Below, piece after piece: positions 9,971-19,774 of a stretch of 64,000 nt of DNA. Below the pieces are notes generated by a model, which worked only from the letters and a program-made list of their open reading frames with translations, searched no databases and was not told the DNA's origin. The stretch lies in sequence record NC_021531.1. One strand, given 5' to 3'. A program made the translations under genes and the position numbers. The stretch's first letter is position 1. Every line of letters starts with the position of its first letter.

Positions 9971-10441
9971 ATGAAATTTAAAGACATCATTGATTTTCTC
10001 ACACTCGACACGTTTTCAGGCACAGTAGTCGACATCGGTACAACCACTTATCCGATAAAGAATGAGGGTGATGCGGAGGTTGTCTCGTTAGATATCACCA
10101 TCGAATCTGAAGGCGACCCTGAGCGTAAATTCGTTTATCACATGGGGCCCATTGAATTCATGGGCGTCATTAAAGACCACAAACTCGCCGTCGGGGACTT
10201 TATCTCGGTAAGGAAATACCCATTGCAGAAACATTACGGTGTGCGTAAACATCGTAATCTGCAGTACCCCGCGCCGTTAGAACGGGCCGCCGCAAGATAC
10301 ATGCTCACAGCCGGTGTGAAAGTATTATCCCTGCAAGCCCGCGAGCGTAGGGAGTACCATGGCTCTGACGACTTGACCGCTCAGCATTTAGACAACCACG
10401 CGCTTCGTGCAATCTTAATTCGCCAGCGCTTGGAGAAGTAG
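9971..10441 (+). CDS. hypothetical protein, possible OB fold
   Basis: FSGTVVDIG...LAVGDFISVRK pattern. Confidence 0.55.
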   Translation: MKFKDIIDFLTLDTFSGTVVDIGTTTYPIKNEGDAEVVSLDITIESEGDPERKFVYHMGPIEFMGVIKDHKLAVGDFISVRKYPLQKHYGVRKHRNLQYPAPLERAAARYMLTAGVKVLSLQARERREYHGSDDLTAQHLDNHALRAILIRQRLEK

Positions 10442-10460
10442 ATTTAAAGGGTCCCGGCCC

Positions 10461-10488
10461 TTTTTTACGATTCAGTCCATTAGTTTAG
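10461..10488 (+). promoter_or_regulatory. putative middle-type promoter of DNA polymerase gene, overlapping terminator T tract
   Basis: TTTTTTACG-N12-AGTTTAG directly after GGG..CCC hairpin. Confidence 0.5.
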
Positions 10489-10516
10489 AGGCTGTAAAAA
10501 GAATTAGAGGGTCGGC

Positions 10517-12718
10517 ATGACTATTGAATACGATTCACCTTTCCGTTTGAACAAGGAAGAGTACGAACGCGACATCGACGTTATTGATGCGTACTTCGAG
10601 CAGATTTTCCATTACGTTGATAACCAAACTGGTCATGAGTACGATATCGAAACCATCCGCATGAACATCAAGGAGATGTTTAAAGAGGGTGGCGAGTTGG
10701 AACACACGTTCCCGAAAGTGCGTATGTTTGTGCGTAACCAGAAAACCGGTGACCGTGAAGAGAAGTTCGTTACTATCGATAAACTTTTCCAGAAGGTGAT
10801 TGAGAAGGAACTGATTAGCGCCCCATCACTGACTTTCTATCTGCCAGAAACTGTTAAGCGCTCTAAGCTGTCTGAGTTCATGGAAAAGAACGTGGCTAAG
10901 CGTGCAGTTATCAAAGGCGAAATGTTTGCTGCGAAAGCTGCGGGTAACTCGGTACTGCACATCAACAAAAAGAACGAGCAGAACGCCGTTAAAACTCTGA
11001 ACAACGGTTCGTCTGGTGCATTCAGCTCACCGTACACCATTCTGTACAACCAGTCTTCACACTCGGTACTGACGTCTACCTGCCGTACTGCAACATCGTT
11101 TGCAAACGCAGCCAACGAACGTCTGTTGGGTGGACGTCGTCACTACGACACACCGAACCGAGTTATCGACCACTTCCTGTCTATCGGTACGCTCACTGAC
11201 TTCCGTGAGTTCGGACAGATTGTGGAAGAATTCAATCTGCACATTCCAACCGTTGATGAAACGATGGAAGTTATCCACTACTCGTCCAACGATTACTGGA
11301 TTAACCCGGAAGCAGATAAGAAAATCCGTCAGTACGTTGAGAACACTCCTGGACTCGAACGTGCGGCATTGGTCTACATGGGCGACATGTTCCATCTGGC
11401 CAAATTCAACGACGGCATGATGCGTGATTTCTTCAAAGCACTTATCAGTAAAGAAGTGTTTGATGAAGAAGTGACCGATTGGGATAAGGCGCTGAAAACG
11501 ATTGACGGCGATATGAAAATCGTTATCTCGCAGTTCCGTACCGATATCGTGCCGGTCGGTAAAGCATTTGGTGACGTTCGCAAGAAAGATGAAGAGACCG
11601 ATAAGTGGCTGCCATGGGATCAACAGGACGATTTCAAACAATTGATTCGTACTGGTCTGTTCCTGCAGAAAACTATTGGTCGTTATTCGAAGTTCATCAA
11701 AGTGCTGCTGACCAATAAAAACCTGCCTGTTAACATTGCACGTATGCCGGACGTGGTACGTAAAGTGGGTGTGGTATCTGATACCGACTCCACAATGATG
11801 ACGGCGCAGTGGTGGGCAACGTGGTTTACTGGTTCGTACTTCGGTGAAGAAGCGACCCGTGTTTCGGACATGATTATCTATTTGGCAACGCAGCACATGC
11901 GTCACCTTATGGCGAGTATGTCTAAGAATATGGGGGTACACACCGATCGTATCTTCTTGTATGCGGCAAAGAACGAGTTTAAGTTTGACTCCTTTGCACT
12001 GACCACCAAAGCTAAGCACTACTTCTCACTCATTACTGCACAGGAAGGTCAGCTGTTGACCGACCCAGAGCTGGAAGTGAAGGGCGTATCCTTACGTACC
12101 TCGAACATCCCGCCAATCGTTATGGATGAGTTTAAGAAAACCATCAAAGGTTTCTGTAAGACGGTAGCGGCGGGCGAGCAGATTGAGATTCTGCCTGTAC
12201 TGCGTCGTGTAGCAGAAATTGAACACGAGGTTGCCTCTACCGTACGTAACGGTCGGGCAGATTACCTCAAAACCACCAACATCAAAGACCGCAGTGCATA
12301 TGCGGACGATGATGAAAAGAACTACCACTATCACCGTATGTATAACGCCATCTTCGGGCCGAAGTATGGTTATCTCGATGAACCTCCTTACGAGGCAGTA
12401 CGTCTGCCGGTAAACCTCGAGAACAAAACCCAAATTGCTGACTGGTTAGCTTCGATTGAAGACCCTATCATTAAAGCGGGTGCGGAGAAGTGGTTTGAAG
12501 AGAACCCAAAACGTAAATATACCTCACTGATGCTGCCGGACTATCTGGTGAGCAACCACGGGATACCGCCTGACCTTATCAAGGCAGCGAACTCTCGTCG
12601 TACAGCCTTTGCTACGGTTGAACCGTATTATCATGTGCTGGAGTGTTTAGGTGTGTTTATGATTGACGAAGATCGTACTCGTCTGTTGAGTGACTACTAC
12701 GGGGAGGCGATTGAATAA
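10517..12718 (+). CDS. family B DNA polymerase, catalytic part (phiKZ gp50-like)
   Basis: Motif B-like KTLNNGSSG, motif C-like VSDTDS, KAKHY and EVKGVSL; lacks exonuclease and motif A, which are in 40524-42326. Confidence 0.9.
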   Translation: MTIEYDSPFRLNKEEYERDIDVIDAYFEQIFHYVDNQTGHEYDIETIRMNIKEMFKEGGELEHTFPKVRMFVRNQKTGDREEKFVTIDKLFQKVIEKELISAPSLTFYLPETVKRSKLSEFMEKNVAKRAVIKGEMFAAKAAGNSVLHINKKNEQNAVKTLNNGSSGAFSSPYTILYNQSSHSVLTSTCRTATSFANAANERLLGGRRHYDTPNRVIDHFLSIGTLTDFREFGQIVEEFNLHIPTVDETMEVIHYSSNDYWINPEADKKIRQYVENTPGLERAALVYMGDMFHLAKFNDGMMRDFFKALISKEVFDEEVTDWDKALKTIDGDMKIVISQFRTDIVPVGKAFGDVRKKDEETDKWLPWDQQDDFKQLIRTGLFLQKTIGRYSKFIKVLLTNKNLPVNIARMPDVVRKVGVVSDTDSTMMTAQWWATWFTGSYFGEEATRVSDMIIYLATQHMRHLMASMSKNMGVHTDRIFLYAAKNEFKFDSFALTTKAKHYFSLITAQEGQLLTDPELEVKGVSLRTSNIPPIVMDEFKKTIKGFCKTVAAGEQIEILPVLRRVAEIEHEVASTVRNGRADYLKTTNIKDRSAYADDDEKNYHYHRMYNAIFGPKYGYLDEPPYEAVRLPVNLENKTQIADWLASIEDPIIKAGAEKWFEENPKRKYTSLMLPDYLVSNHGIPPDLIKAANSRRTAFATVEPYYHVLECLGVFMIDEDRTRLLSDYYGEAIE

Positions 12719-12726
12719 GGAACAAT

Positions 12727-13080
12727 ATGGAAAAGTATTTCTTCTGCAAAGATATTGACGCGGCTGCTCCTGAGTTTGCGTCTACCGCGTACCCGACCGC
12801 AGCAGCTGCGGTCTTAAACTATCTGCTCTACTGTCACCCGACGGTTAAGCACATGTGTAAGCTGTCACGTCGGGCTGATGATAAGCCATATCAGTTGACA
12901 ACCTCTCGCCCTAATGAGAAGTTGTCGATGATGGTGTGTGAAACTGATGTCAAGGTAAGCGATGGTCAAGGTCGTGCTATTTACGGCGATGACCAGACGA
13001 TTACCAAGCCGTTAGTTGACCTGACGATTCGTGAAATCGCTGAAGCCTATCGTCTGCCGCTTATCATCGAAAGACACTAA
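12727..13080 (+). CDS. hypothetical protein
   Basis: 117-aa ORF, AAGGA SD. Confidence 0.7.
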   Translation: MEKYFFCKDIDAAAPEFASTAYPTAAAAVLNYLLYCHPTVKHMCKLSRRADDKPYQLTTSRPNEKLSMMVCETDVKVSDGQGRAIYGDDQTITKPLVDLTIREIAEAYRLPLIIERH

Positions 13081-13086
13081 AAGGTG

Positions 13087-13119
13087 CCCTATCTCGGTTT
13101 TCCGGGATAGGGATTTTTT
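13087..13119 (+). terminator. intrinsic terminator
   Basis: CCCTATCTCGG-TTTT-CCGGGATAGGG plus T tract. Confidence 0.8.
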
Positions 13120-13361
13120 GGACGAACCCGCGTCATTCCTAGAAAGTGGTTTTTTGGAGTGTTCATTTTAACTCTTATTATATGCAACTTCCCTTCACGG
13201 GGGAGGGGCCTACGGGGGAGGGGGTAATATGTATATATATGGAGATAATTTAGTAATAGTAAATTGATCTATTAATTTAATAAATAATTAGGTTATTAAC
13301 TTAGTAGATCAGATCCGTAGTAAGTAACTAAGATCGATCTAAACTTAAAAAAGAAAAGTAA
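13120..13361. other. non-coding G-quadruplex plus AT-rich GATC-rich region; candidate replication origin
   Basis: G5-A-G4-CCTAC-G5-A-G5 at 13199-13224, very AT-rich tract, five GATC in 13266-13339. Confidence 0.45.
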
Positions 13362-13389
13362 ACCTACCTACCCTAATGGGTAGGTAGGT
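13362..13389 (-). terminator. intrinsic terminator of minus-strand gene
   Basis: ACCTACCTACCC-TAAT-GGGTAGGTAGGT with A tract on plus side. Confidence 0.85.
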
Positions 13390-13391
13390 AG

Positions 13392-14453
13392 TTATGATCC
13401 GATCACTGCATTCAGCTTACTGAATACGTTCTGATCCAAAGTGAGTTTTACTGAGGAAGGTAAACGTTCAGTGAACCGTAACTGGAAGAAGTTCCTTAAC
13501 TCTCTAACCAGTGTTGGGTAGTAACGGGCCATAGCTGGGTTATCGTAGTTTACCACATACGCCATAAAGTTCAGGTTCACCAGTTGGTAGAACCAGCGCT
13601 GTTGGTTTGTACGGGAATACGATTCATCTGCCAGTAACCCTAACGCACTCGGTTTCCCATTGAAATACATGAGGAGGTGGTTCATTACCACACCGGGGAG
13701 CGGACTACCGGATAACAGTCGCTCACGGATAACCTTTGCATTACGGTCTACGAGTGGTGCGAGCATTGGGATAGGATAGTCTCTGAAGTCATCATCCTTT
13801 TCGATAGCTACACCGTTGGCCAAGAACCGATGACGGTTGAATACCGCTAAGTCCATGTACGTAGGGAGCATACGGTAAACGACATACCGCCAGAGGAAGG
13901 TCTGCAGATTTATCCCACCGTGGTTTTTGTTACGCTGGTAATATTTGTAGGCTTGGAAGTATTGCCAAACCAGAGCAACCAGATTAATTTCAATATAGCT
14001 AATACCGCGTCCACCGTTCTTCGTACCCATCTGCCAGTTCAGATTGGTGTAGTCGTGGAACAGGTAGCGGGCAGGCTGTAGTTCTCGCCACGGGGTATTC
14101 GGGTCGATGTGTTCAATAGAGATAGCGATTAACTCCGCTTGTCCCTGAATGAACTCACCTACATGGATTTCTCCAGGGTGACTGGGAGAGACTAAACGCA
14201 TGGCTGCGCCGATGTTGATGAACTTACGTCGGCACGCCCAGTATATGTCGTCGTACGTGGCGTCGGGTTGAAAGCCGATAGCCGAGAGGATACGCACCAG
14301 TAGGTGTTCGGATTTCACTCGGTTCTGCAGGCCCTCTACACGGTTACGAATACGTCTCTGATTATTTTTTACAACAGATGCAATAGTTATGGACGTAGGG
14401 TCAACGTTATGTGACTTTATGATGCTCTGCTGGATATCCGCGTTACTGAACAT
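13392..14453 (-). CDS. conserved phiKZ-like virion/head protein divergent from chimallin
   Basis: 353-aa ORF, AGGAG SD, AGTATG late-type motif upstream; product from synteny. Confidence 0.6.
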   Translation of the reverse strand: MFSNADIQQSIIKSHNVDPTSITIASVVKNNQRRIRNRVEGLQNRVKSEHLLVRILSAIGFQPDATYDDIYWACRRKFINIGAAMRLVSPSHPGEIHVGEFIQGQAELIAISIEHIDPNTPWRELQPARYLFHDYTNLNWQMGTKNGGRGISYIEINLVALVWQYFQAYKYYQRNKNHGGINLQTFLWRYVVYRMLPTYMDLAVFNRHRFLANGVAIEKDDDFRDYPIPMLAPLVDRNAKVIRERLLSGSPLPGVVMNHLLMYFNGKPSALGLLADESYSRTNQQRWFYQLVNLNFMAYVVNYDNPAMARYYPTLVRELRNFFQLRFTERLPSSVKLTLDQNVFSKLNAVIGS

Positions 14454-14500
14454 GTGGAAGTCTCCTAAGGGTGGTCATACTATCCCACCGCGTTACTCTA

Positions 14501-14529
14501 AAAAATTACAGATAGATTTTATTGTATTG
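14501..14529 (+). promoter_or_regulatory. putative middle-type promoter upstream of chimallin
   Basis: AAAAATTACA-N12-TGTATTG; resembles phiKZ middle motif AAanntTAC. Confidence 0.5.
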
Positions 14530-14656
14530 AACCAGAGCGCTTAAAACCGTTCTACGTGTTTGAGTAATGTTATTGAAAGATTATTCAAACATATTTTATT
14601 CCCGTGAGTTAACTCAAAGTAATCATTTCAATCTCTATAAACAGGAAATAAATACC

Positions 14657-16438
14657 ATGGTAGAATTCTACGACGAAAACAAAAACTCCAACACTTCTAA
14701 AGACTCTAACGCTGCTACTGGCAACGTTCAGGGCTTTTCTGTTGGTACCGCTGCCGAAATGAACATGGCCTTTGAGTGGAGCTCCGTCAACTCTCAGGCT
14801 GGTAAGTTCGTCGAGCTGATTAAAGAAGCGGCGAAAGAGAACAAGTATCTGGCCAACTTCCAGGTCGGTACTGTTGATGCGGTAACCGGTGAATTCGGTT
14901 CTGCGGCTTACGTCGCTGGTGAACTGCGTGGCATCCCGCTGTTCGGTATCGTGTTCTTCGAGAAGGGCCTGTCCCTGCGTCTGGTGGTAAACAACAATCA
15001 GGAAGATTACTACTCTATCGCTTCCCTGATTAACAAAGACGTTATCGCCACTGTTGCGAAAACGCTGAAAACCACCCACAGCCTGTCTCAGGACCCGCGC
15101 TTCATTTCCATCAACACCATCCCGGATCTGGATATCGCCCTGACCCGTGAGCGTGCTCTGTCCATCATGGGCCAGATGATGACCAGCATCTTCGGTCGTG
15201 CTTCTGGCTATCTGGGCAAACTGGTCGTCACCAAAAACGACAAGTTCATCGCACAGGTTGGCAGTATCGGTGAAGGCGCAGTGCTGGACGTAAACGGTCA
15301 CGCACAGCGTGCTGACTTCGGTATCAAACTGTCTCACGTGCCGATGCAGCAGAACACTGCACCGACTCTGATGTCCGGTACCAACGCTCAGCAGTATCCG
15401 AACTGCGCCGCAGCTGGTTACGCTAACCTGCGTTACACCGGTATCGTGAAGAACGCTGACGGTTCCATGAAAGACCGCCGTCAGATTTCTCCTGAGCTGG
15501 TTGTGAGCCTGATGGACTCCTCTACCCTGACTGCGAACGCACCGTTCGAACGTCAGCTTCTGATGCTGGGTGTTGCGGCTAAAACTGCAGCGCTGGGCGG
15601 CTGGATGGAATTCATCAAGAACTCTCTGGACGGTAAGACTCGTAAAATCTCTGCGCTGGCGCAGAACTGCAACTGGGGTGCAGACGTGTCTAACACCGAC
15701 TGGAAAGCGATGGACAAATCTGCAGAAGCGGCTGAACGCTTCCTGCGTGAGTTCTGCTACGAAACCGCTGGTCTGGTAGTTGAGCACCGTGCTGGTAACG
15801 GTATCGGTGGTCTGATTGGTCTGCTGTCCGAAGTGGCACAGAACAAACCTCAGGCGCTGGAAACCCTGCTGGCTCTGCTGGACAACATGTTCCCGGCTGT
15901 AGACAATCTGAAGTTCTCCGATGGTCTGCGTCAGGCATTCGGCGGTAACGTTACACTGAACGCGTCTCACATCGTGTCTGGTGTTGTTCCGACCGTAGCC
16001 GGTGTTTACCGTGGTTCTAACGGCCTGCGTTCATACTCCGATATGGACCTGCTGCGCACCACTACCCACCTGGGTGACGACCGTGCCGAAGTGCTGAAAT
16101 ACTTCCGTGCTCAGTCCTACAAACACCGTAACATGTCTCCGAAACAGCAGCGTATCTATCTGGCGCAGCTGGCTAACAGCATGTTCTCTGGCAACGATCC
16201 GATTCCGACCGGTGAAGCTGTTCAGATTTCCATCAACCCCACTTTCGCTAAGTTCCTGTACGAAGCGATTGATGCACACGGCCTGTTGCAGCTGACTGGC
16301 GTTAACGCTGTGTCTGTTGCGGATTCCGTACCGTTCTACAACAACACTGGCGAACTGTTCGTAATGTCTGGTGTTGGTGGCGTGTCTACCAACAGCGCGT
16401 TCGACTTCGCTCAGCAGTCTGGCTATTTCAGCATGTAA
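14657..16438 (+). CDS. chmA: chimallin, phage nuclear shell protein (phiKZ gp54-like)
   Basis: ~593 aa from ATG 14657 (AGGA SD); lies between DNA polymerase and RNAP beta' gene; motifs DVNGHAQRADF, AAGYANLRY, SDMDLL and TGEAVQISINP resemble known chimallins; strongly biased high-expression codons. Confidence 0.9.
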   Translation: MVEFYDENKNSNTSKDSNAATGNVQGFSVGTAAEMNMAFEWSSVNSQAGKFVELIKEAAKENKYLANFQVGTVDAVTGEFGSAAYVAGELRGIPLFGIVFFEKGLSLRLVVNNNQEDYYSIASLINKDVIATVAKTLKTTHSLSQDPRFISINTIPDLDIALTRERALSIMGQMMTSIFGRASGYLGKLVVTKNDKFIAQVGSIGEGAVLDVNGHAQRADFGIKLSHVPMQQNTAPTLMSGTNAQQYPNCAAAGYANLRYTGIVKNADGSMKDRRQISPELVVSLMDSSTLTANAPFERQLLMLGVAAKTAALGGWMEFIKNSLDGKTRKISALAQNCNWGADVSNTDWKAMDKSAEAAERFLREFCYETAGLVVEHRAGNGIGGLIGLLSEVAQNKPQALETLLALLDNMFPAVDNLKFSDGLRQAFGGNVTLNASHIVSGVVPTVAGVYRGSNGLRSYSDMDLLRTTTHLGDDRAEVLKYFRAQSYKHRNMSPKQQRIYLAQLANSMFSGNDPIPTGEAVQISINPTFAKFLYEAIDAHGLLQLTGVNAVSVADSVPFYNNTGELFVMSGVGGVSTNSAFDFAQQSGYFSM

Positions 16439-16459
16439 TATCCGGCTGTAACTAAAGAC

Positions 16460-16487
16460 GGGAGAGGATAAAACCTCTCCCCCTTTT
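16460..16487 (+). terminator. intrinsic terminator
   Basis: GGGAGAGG-ATAAAA-CCTCTCCC plus T run. Confidence 0.75.
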
Positions 16488-16516
16488 CAACTGCTATTTT
16501 TTTCGTTGGAGTAAGA

Positions 16517-18139
16517 ATGAGTGAGCAAACCACTGAATACTACGGTATTTCAGGCGAGATAGAAAATCTCGACAATTACTACTTTCAGCTCATGCTGGAA
16601 GCGCGTGCAAAGGGTGTTAAACCGCCCGTGGTTATCAACGACATTGCACGTGAGTTCGACAGTAGCGTCGTTACTGAGCACATCGATGCGTTACTGCAGA
16701 ACCGTATTGTCAATGAGAAGTTGAACAACACGCCGATTTGCAGCATTCATTGTGAGCACCCAACCGCGCACCGTTACAACCTTGGCAATAAATGTCCGAG
16801 CTGCGGTTTCGTGGTCACGGAGAACCGACTCGAGTCGGAAGTGTGGCTACAAGCGCCAACCGAAATGCAAGCGTTTATCAATCCGCGTTTCTGGTTATTA
16901 TTCAACGCGAACTTTGGCGGCCTAACGCAGCTGAAGAAGTTCGACCGCACTAACTATACGTTAGAGCGTGGTGCAGATTTGATAATGTGGTTAATTGACC
17001 CTAATTACAAACTGCCCGACCAAGTCCCATCCCGTATGCAGACGACTATCGCAGTTCTGGAAGAGAACTGTTATGTACGTGGGATGGAAAACTTCTACGA
17101 ACACCACGGCCGTGTATTTGAAATCTTAGTCCGTAAGGAGAACTGGGATAAAATCATGAACGTGGGCAGAAATACGAACGGTGAGCCAGAACGTGACCGT
17201 GAGCGTTGGATTAAGTTCTTTGCTGAACAGGCAAACGCAATCTTCTCCCGACACTTGCCAATCATCACGTCGAAGTTTATCGTGGCGGAAGAGACGCAGC
17301 GTGGCTTAAGCGTTGACCCGGTATTTGTAGGGGCGATTGATGCGGTGAAAACCATTGCGTCTATCTATACTCGACAGACCGCGTTAGACGTGCGCTTCTT
17401 GCTGGGTCGTGCTATCAAAGCTAACCGTCAGTTGGCGTATTTCTACAACGACCTGCGAAAAGAAACCTTGTCGCAGAAAACCGGTATCTACCGTTCGAAA
17501 GTCAGTTCGACCTTCATTCCGTTCGGTGGCCGTGCAACAATTTCACCTATCTCCGAGCCACACAGCACCTGGGACTTGCATGCACCTTGGCGTTGGATGG
17601 TAAACTTGATGTCAATCGACATTGAGAATAAACTGATGGGTCGTGGCTATACAGCGCGTGAGTGCGAAACGCGAATCGCATTTGCTTGTATGCAATACGA
17701 CCGTGAGATTGATGAGATTCTGGACGAGCTCATTGCGGAATCGCCGGGTGGCAAAGGTATCATGGTTGTGATGCTGCGTAACCCGACGCTGGTACAGCTT
17801 TCTGTCGAAACCTTCTGGATTACCAAAGTCATCAAAGATGTGAATCAGTGTTCGATTCGTATCTCTGTACGCGCCATCAAGATGATGAACGCCGACTTCG
17901 ATGGTGACCAGTTGATGGTGTGGCGTCCAGTCGATAAGCGCGAAATGGATTTGGCAATGGGTTATCGTCCGGACAACGGTTTTATGTCTGCAACGAACGT
18001 AGACGAAGTAGCCCATGGGATGGTCTTGCACAATGAGGTCATCAGTATGCAAAACAACTTCCTCGCGGATGAGGAAGAAGATGAGCACATGGGTACACCG
18101 CTCGACGCCGTATTATTAGAAGCTCTGGCTAACAATTGA
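16517..18139 (+). CDS. non-virion RNA polymerase beta' N-terminal (catalytic) subunit (phiKZ gp55-like)
   Basis: NADFDGDQ catalytic motif, RNPTL motif, N-terminal Cys/His zinc site. Confidence 0.92.
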   Translation: MSEQTTEYYGISGEIENLDNYYFQLMLEARAKGVKPPVVINDIAREFDSSVVTEHIDALLQNRIVNEKLNNTPICSIHCEHPTAHRYNLGNKCPSCGFVVTENRLESEVWLQAPTEMQAFINPRFWLLFNANFGGLTQLKKFDRTNYTLERGADLIMWLIDPNYKLPDQVPSRMQTTIAVLEENCYVRGMENFYEHHGRVFEILVRKENWDKIMNVGRNTNGEPERDRERWIKFFAEQANAIFSRHLPIITSKFIVAEETQRGLSVDPVFVGAIDAVKTIASIYTRQTALDVRFLLGRAIKANRQLAYFYNDLRKETLSQKTGIYRSKVSSTFIPFGGRATISPISEPHSTWDLHAPWRWMVNLMSIDIENKLMGRGYTARECETRIAFACMQYDREIDEILDELIAESPGGKGIMVVMLRNPTLVQLSVETFWITKVIKDVNQCSIRISVRAIKMMNADFDGDQLMVWRPVDKREMDLAMGYRPDNGFMSATNVDEVAHGMVLHNEVISMQNNFLADEEEDEHMGTPLDAVLLEALANN

Positions 18140-18149
18140 GGAGTATTGC

Positions 18150-18734
18150 ATGAGTATGTGGGACCAACCCGGGACTGCGTTTACGAAGATCACCGGTGAC
18201 GCCGCTAACTTCCTCAACAGCACGTTCGATATCAATTCGTTCGCGTCTGACTTTGTTGATAAAGTGAAGCAGCAAGTCCAAAAAGTAGCCAGCATTGATT
18301 TGTTCCGTCTGACTTCTGCCGCAGCGCGTAAGATGCGTTTCGCCAGTGGTGCAGATATCGTGCGTCAGTTAGAACAACTCGGCGAATTCCAAATGGCCCC
18401 TCCTGTAATGCAGCCGTTCTTGGTTGCGATGCCGGAGTACCGTACGTTGTATAACAACAACATGGCGGCTGGCTTTGAGAATGGGTTCGCCAAACACGAC
18501 CAGTTCCGTGGGAATGCATATATGCACACCGACGCCAACTATCGTGAAGCGACCGATGGCATGGTAACTGAATACCATCCGACTCACTTGTTTAACTGGG
18601 TGCTGCCGGAAGAGCGTGAAGGTAAATTGTCACGCATCAATAAAGTTGACCTGCAAATCTGCTGGAGTCGTGCGCGTGATTTGGATTGGGAAGATTCTGA
18701 CCCCTACTCCGAATACAACGCGTCCTGCTACTAA
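18150..18734 (+). CDS. conserved hypothetical protein
   Basis: 194-aa ORF, GAGGAG SD, in chimallivirus core block. Confidence 0.8.
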   Translation: MSMWDQPGTAFTKITGDAANFLNSTFDINSFASDFVDKVKQQVQKVASIDLFRLTSAAARKMRFASGADIVRQLEQLGEFQMAPPVMQPFLVAMPEYRTLYNNNMAAGFENGFAKHDQFRGNAYMHTDANYREATDGMVTEYHPTHLFNWVLPEEREGKLSRINKVDLQICWSRARDLDWEDSDPYSEYNASCY

Positions 18735-18740
18735 TCACAA

Positions 18741-18767
18741 GAGGGGCTTTGGGCCCCTCTTTTTTTC
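18741..18767 (+). terminator. intrinsic terminator
   Basis: GAGGGGC-TTTGG-GCCCCTC plus T tract. Confidence 0.8.
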
Positions 18768-18779
18768 TGAGGTTTCGTT

Positions 18780-19154
18780 ATGACTAATATTGTAGTGGGC
18801 ACGCTCTCTACTCGTGGCTGGGCCACCACCGCAGAAGAAAAAATCCGCGAGGTGATGAACAATTACACCGAAGCAGGTTTCAGTCAGTCAATTATTTATC
18901 AGGGGAATATCAAATCTCTTGAACATGCCCGCTTCCGTACCGAACAAGACCCTGAAGCGCTCCGCTCAGAAGTCAAGAAAGACCTTCTTTCATTGTACGG
19001 TAATATCTTCCCGGATGGAGTACAAGTCAATACATTCATACAGGAAGACCCTGAAAGCGATGTCCGCTTAAAGCTGATTATCGAAGTTCAGGTGACCGAA
19101 GGTACTGAACAGTATTCGATTGAAAAATACGTGGAAGTGGAGAATAAAGAATGA
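18780..19154 (+). CDS. conserved hypothetical protein, possibly gp25-like fold
   Basis: 124-aa ORF, GAGG SD; fold guess from pattern only. Confidence 0.6.
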   Translation: MTNIVVGTLSTRGWATTAEEKIREVMNNYTEAGFSQSIIYQGNIKSLEHARFRTEQDPEALRSEVKKDLLSLYGNIFPDGVQVNTFIQEDPESDVRLKLIIEVQVTEGTEQYSIEKYVEVENKE

Positions 19155-19774
19155 CCGAACAACAAAAGCCGGTTCGTGAATTAACCGAAATCGAAAAATT
19201 TCAACTGGAGCAGGTGAAAGAGTTGGAAAGCACCTTTGTGAATTTGACTGGCGCGACCCGCTATTCCGACTCGACGTTCCGCCGTCTGGGTCTGCCTATC
19301 CTGACCGGCCTGTTAGACGATACCTTCAACCCGCTGCTGTGGGCTGAGTTCATTGGCTCTAACTACGTGCCACTGGAAATCCTGACTGACGATCTGAGGG
19401 ATGTACTTTTTACATTACCCCCACTCCTTATGCCGGGACCAGCCATCATTGCACGTGACAACCAACAGTCACTTTCGGATGCGTCCACTGAGATTGCCTT
19501 ACAAGGTGAAATCATTGCAGAGAACGGTGGTATTCTGATTAATCAGCTGATTAACAGCACTGCCGGCGCAATTGACCGTGCCATGTACGGTATGAATTTC
19601 GAACGTGCTCGCCAGACTATCGCCACACTGAACGAAGTCTTCGAGCATTACGGTATTGACGGTCGTATTGAGTATCCGGAAGGGTTGTCTGAACCTGACC
19701 CGGCTTCTCGACCTAAAGCCGAGCAACCGAAGGAAAGAGAACGTTATGCCATTGACGATGGAGACGCACTATAG
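19151..19774 (+). CDS. conserved hypothetical protein
   Basis: 207-aa ORF, ATGA overlap. Confidence 0.75.
   Translation: MTEQQKPVRELTEIEKFQLEQVKELESTFVNLTGATRYSDSTFRRLGLPILTGLLDDTFNPLLWAEFIGSNYVPLEILTDDLRDVLFTLPPLLMPGPAIIARDNQQSLSDASTEIALQGEIIAENGGILINQLINSTAGAIDRAMYGMNFERARQTIATLNEVFEHYGIDGRIEYPEGLSEPDPASRPKAEQPKERERYAIDDGDAL

Noticed and set aside
11057-12019. 320-aa antisense ORF inside the DNA polymerase gene
   Set aside because: Shadow ORF of a well-supported gene; no motifs
14609-15970. 453-aa antisense ORF over chimallin
   Set aside because: Same codon register as the sense gene; antisense stops need sense TTA/CTA/TCA codons, which this highly biased gene avoids
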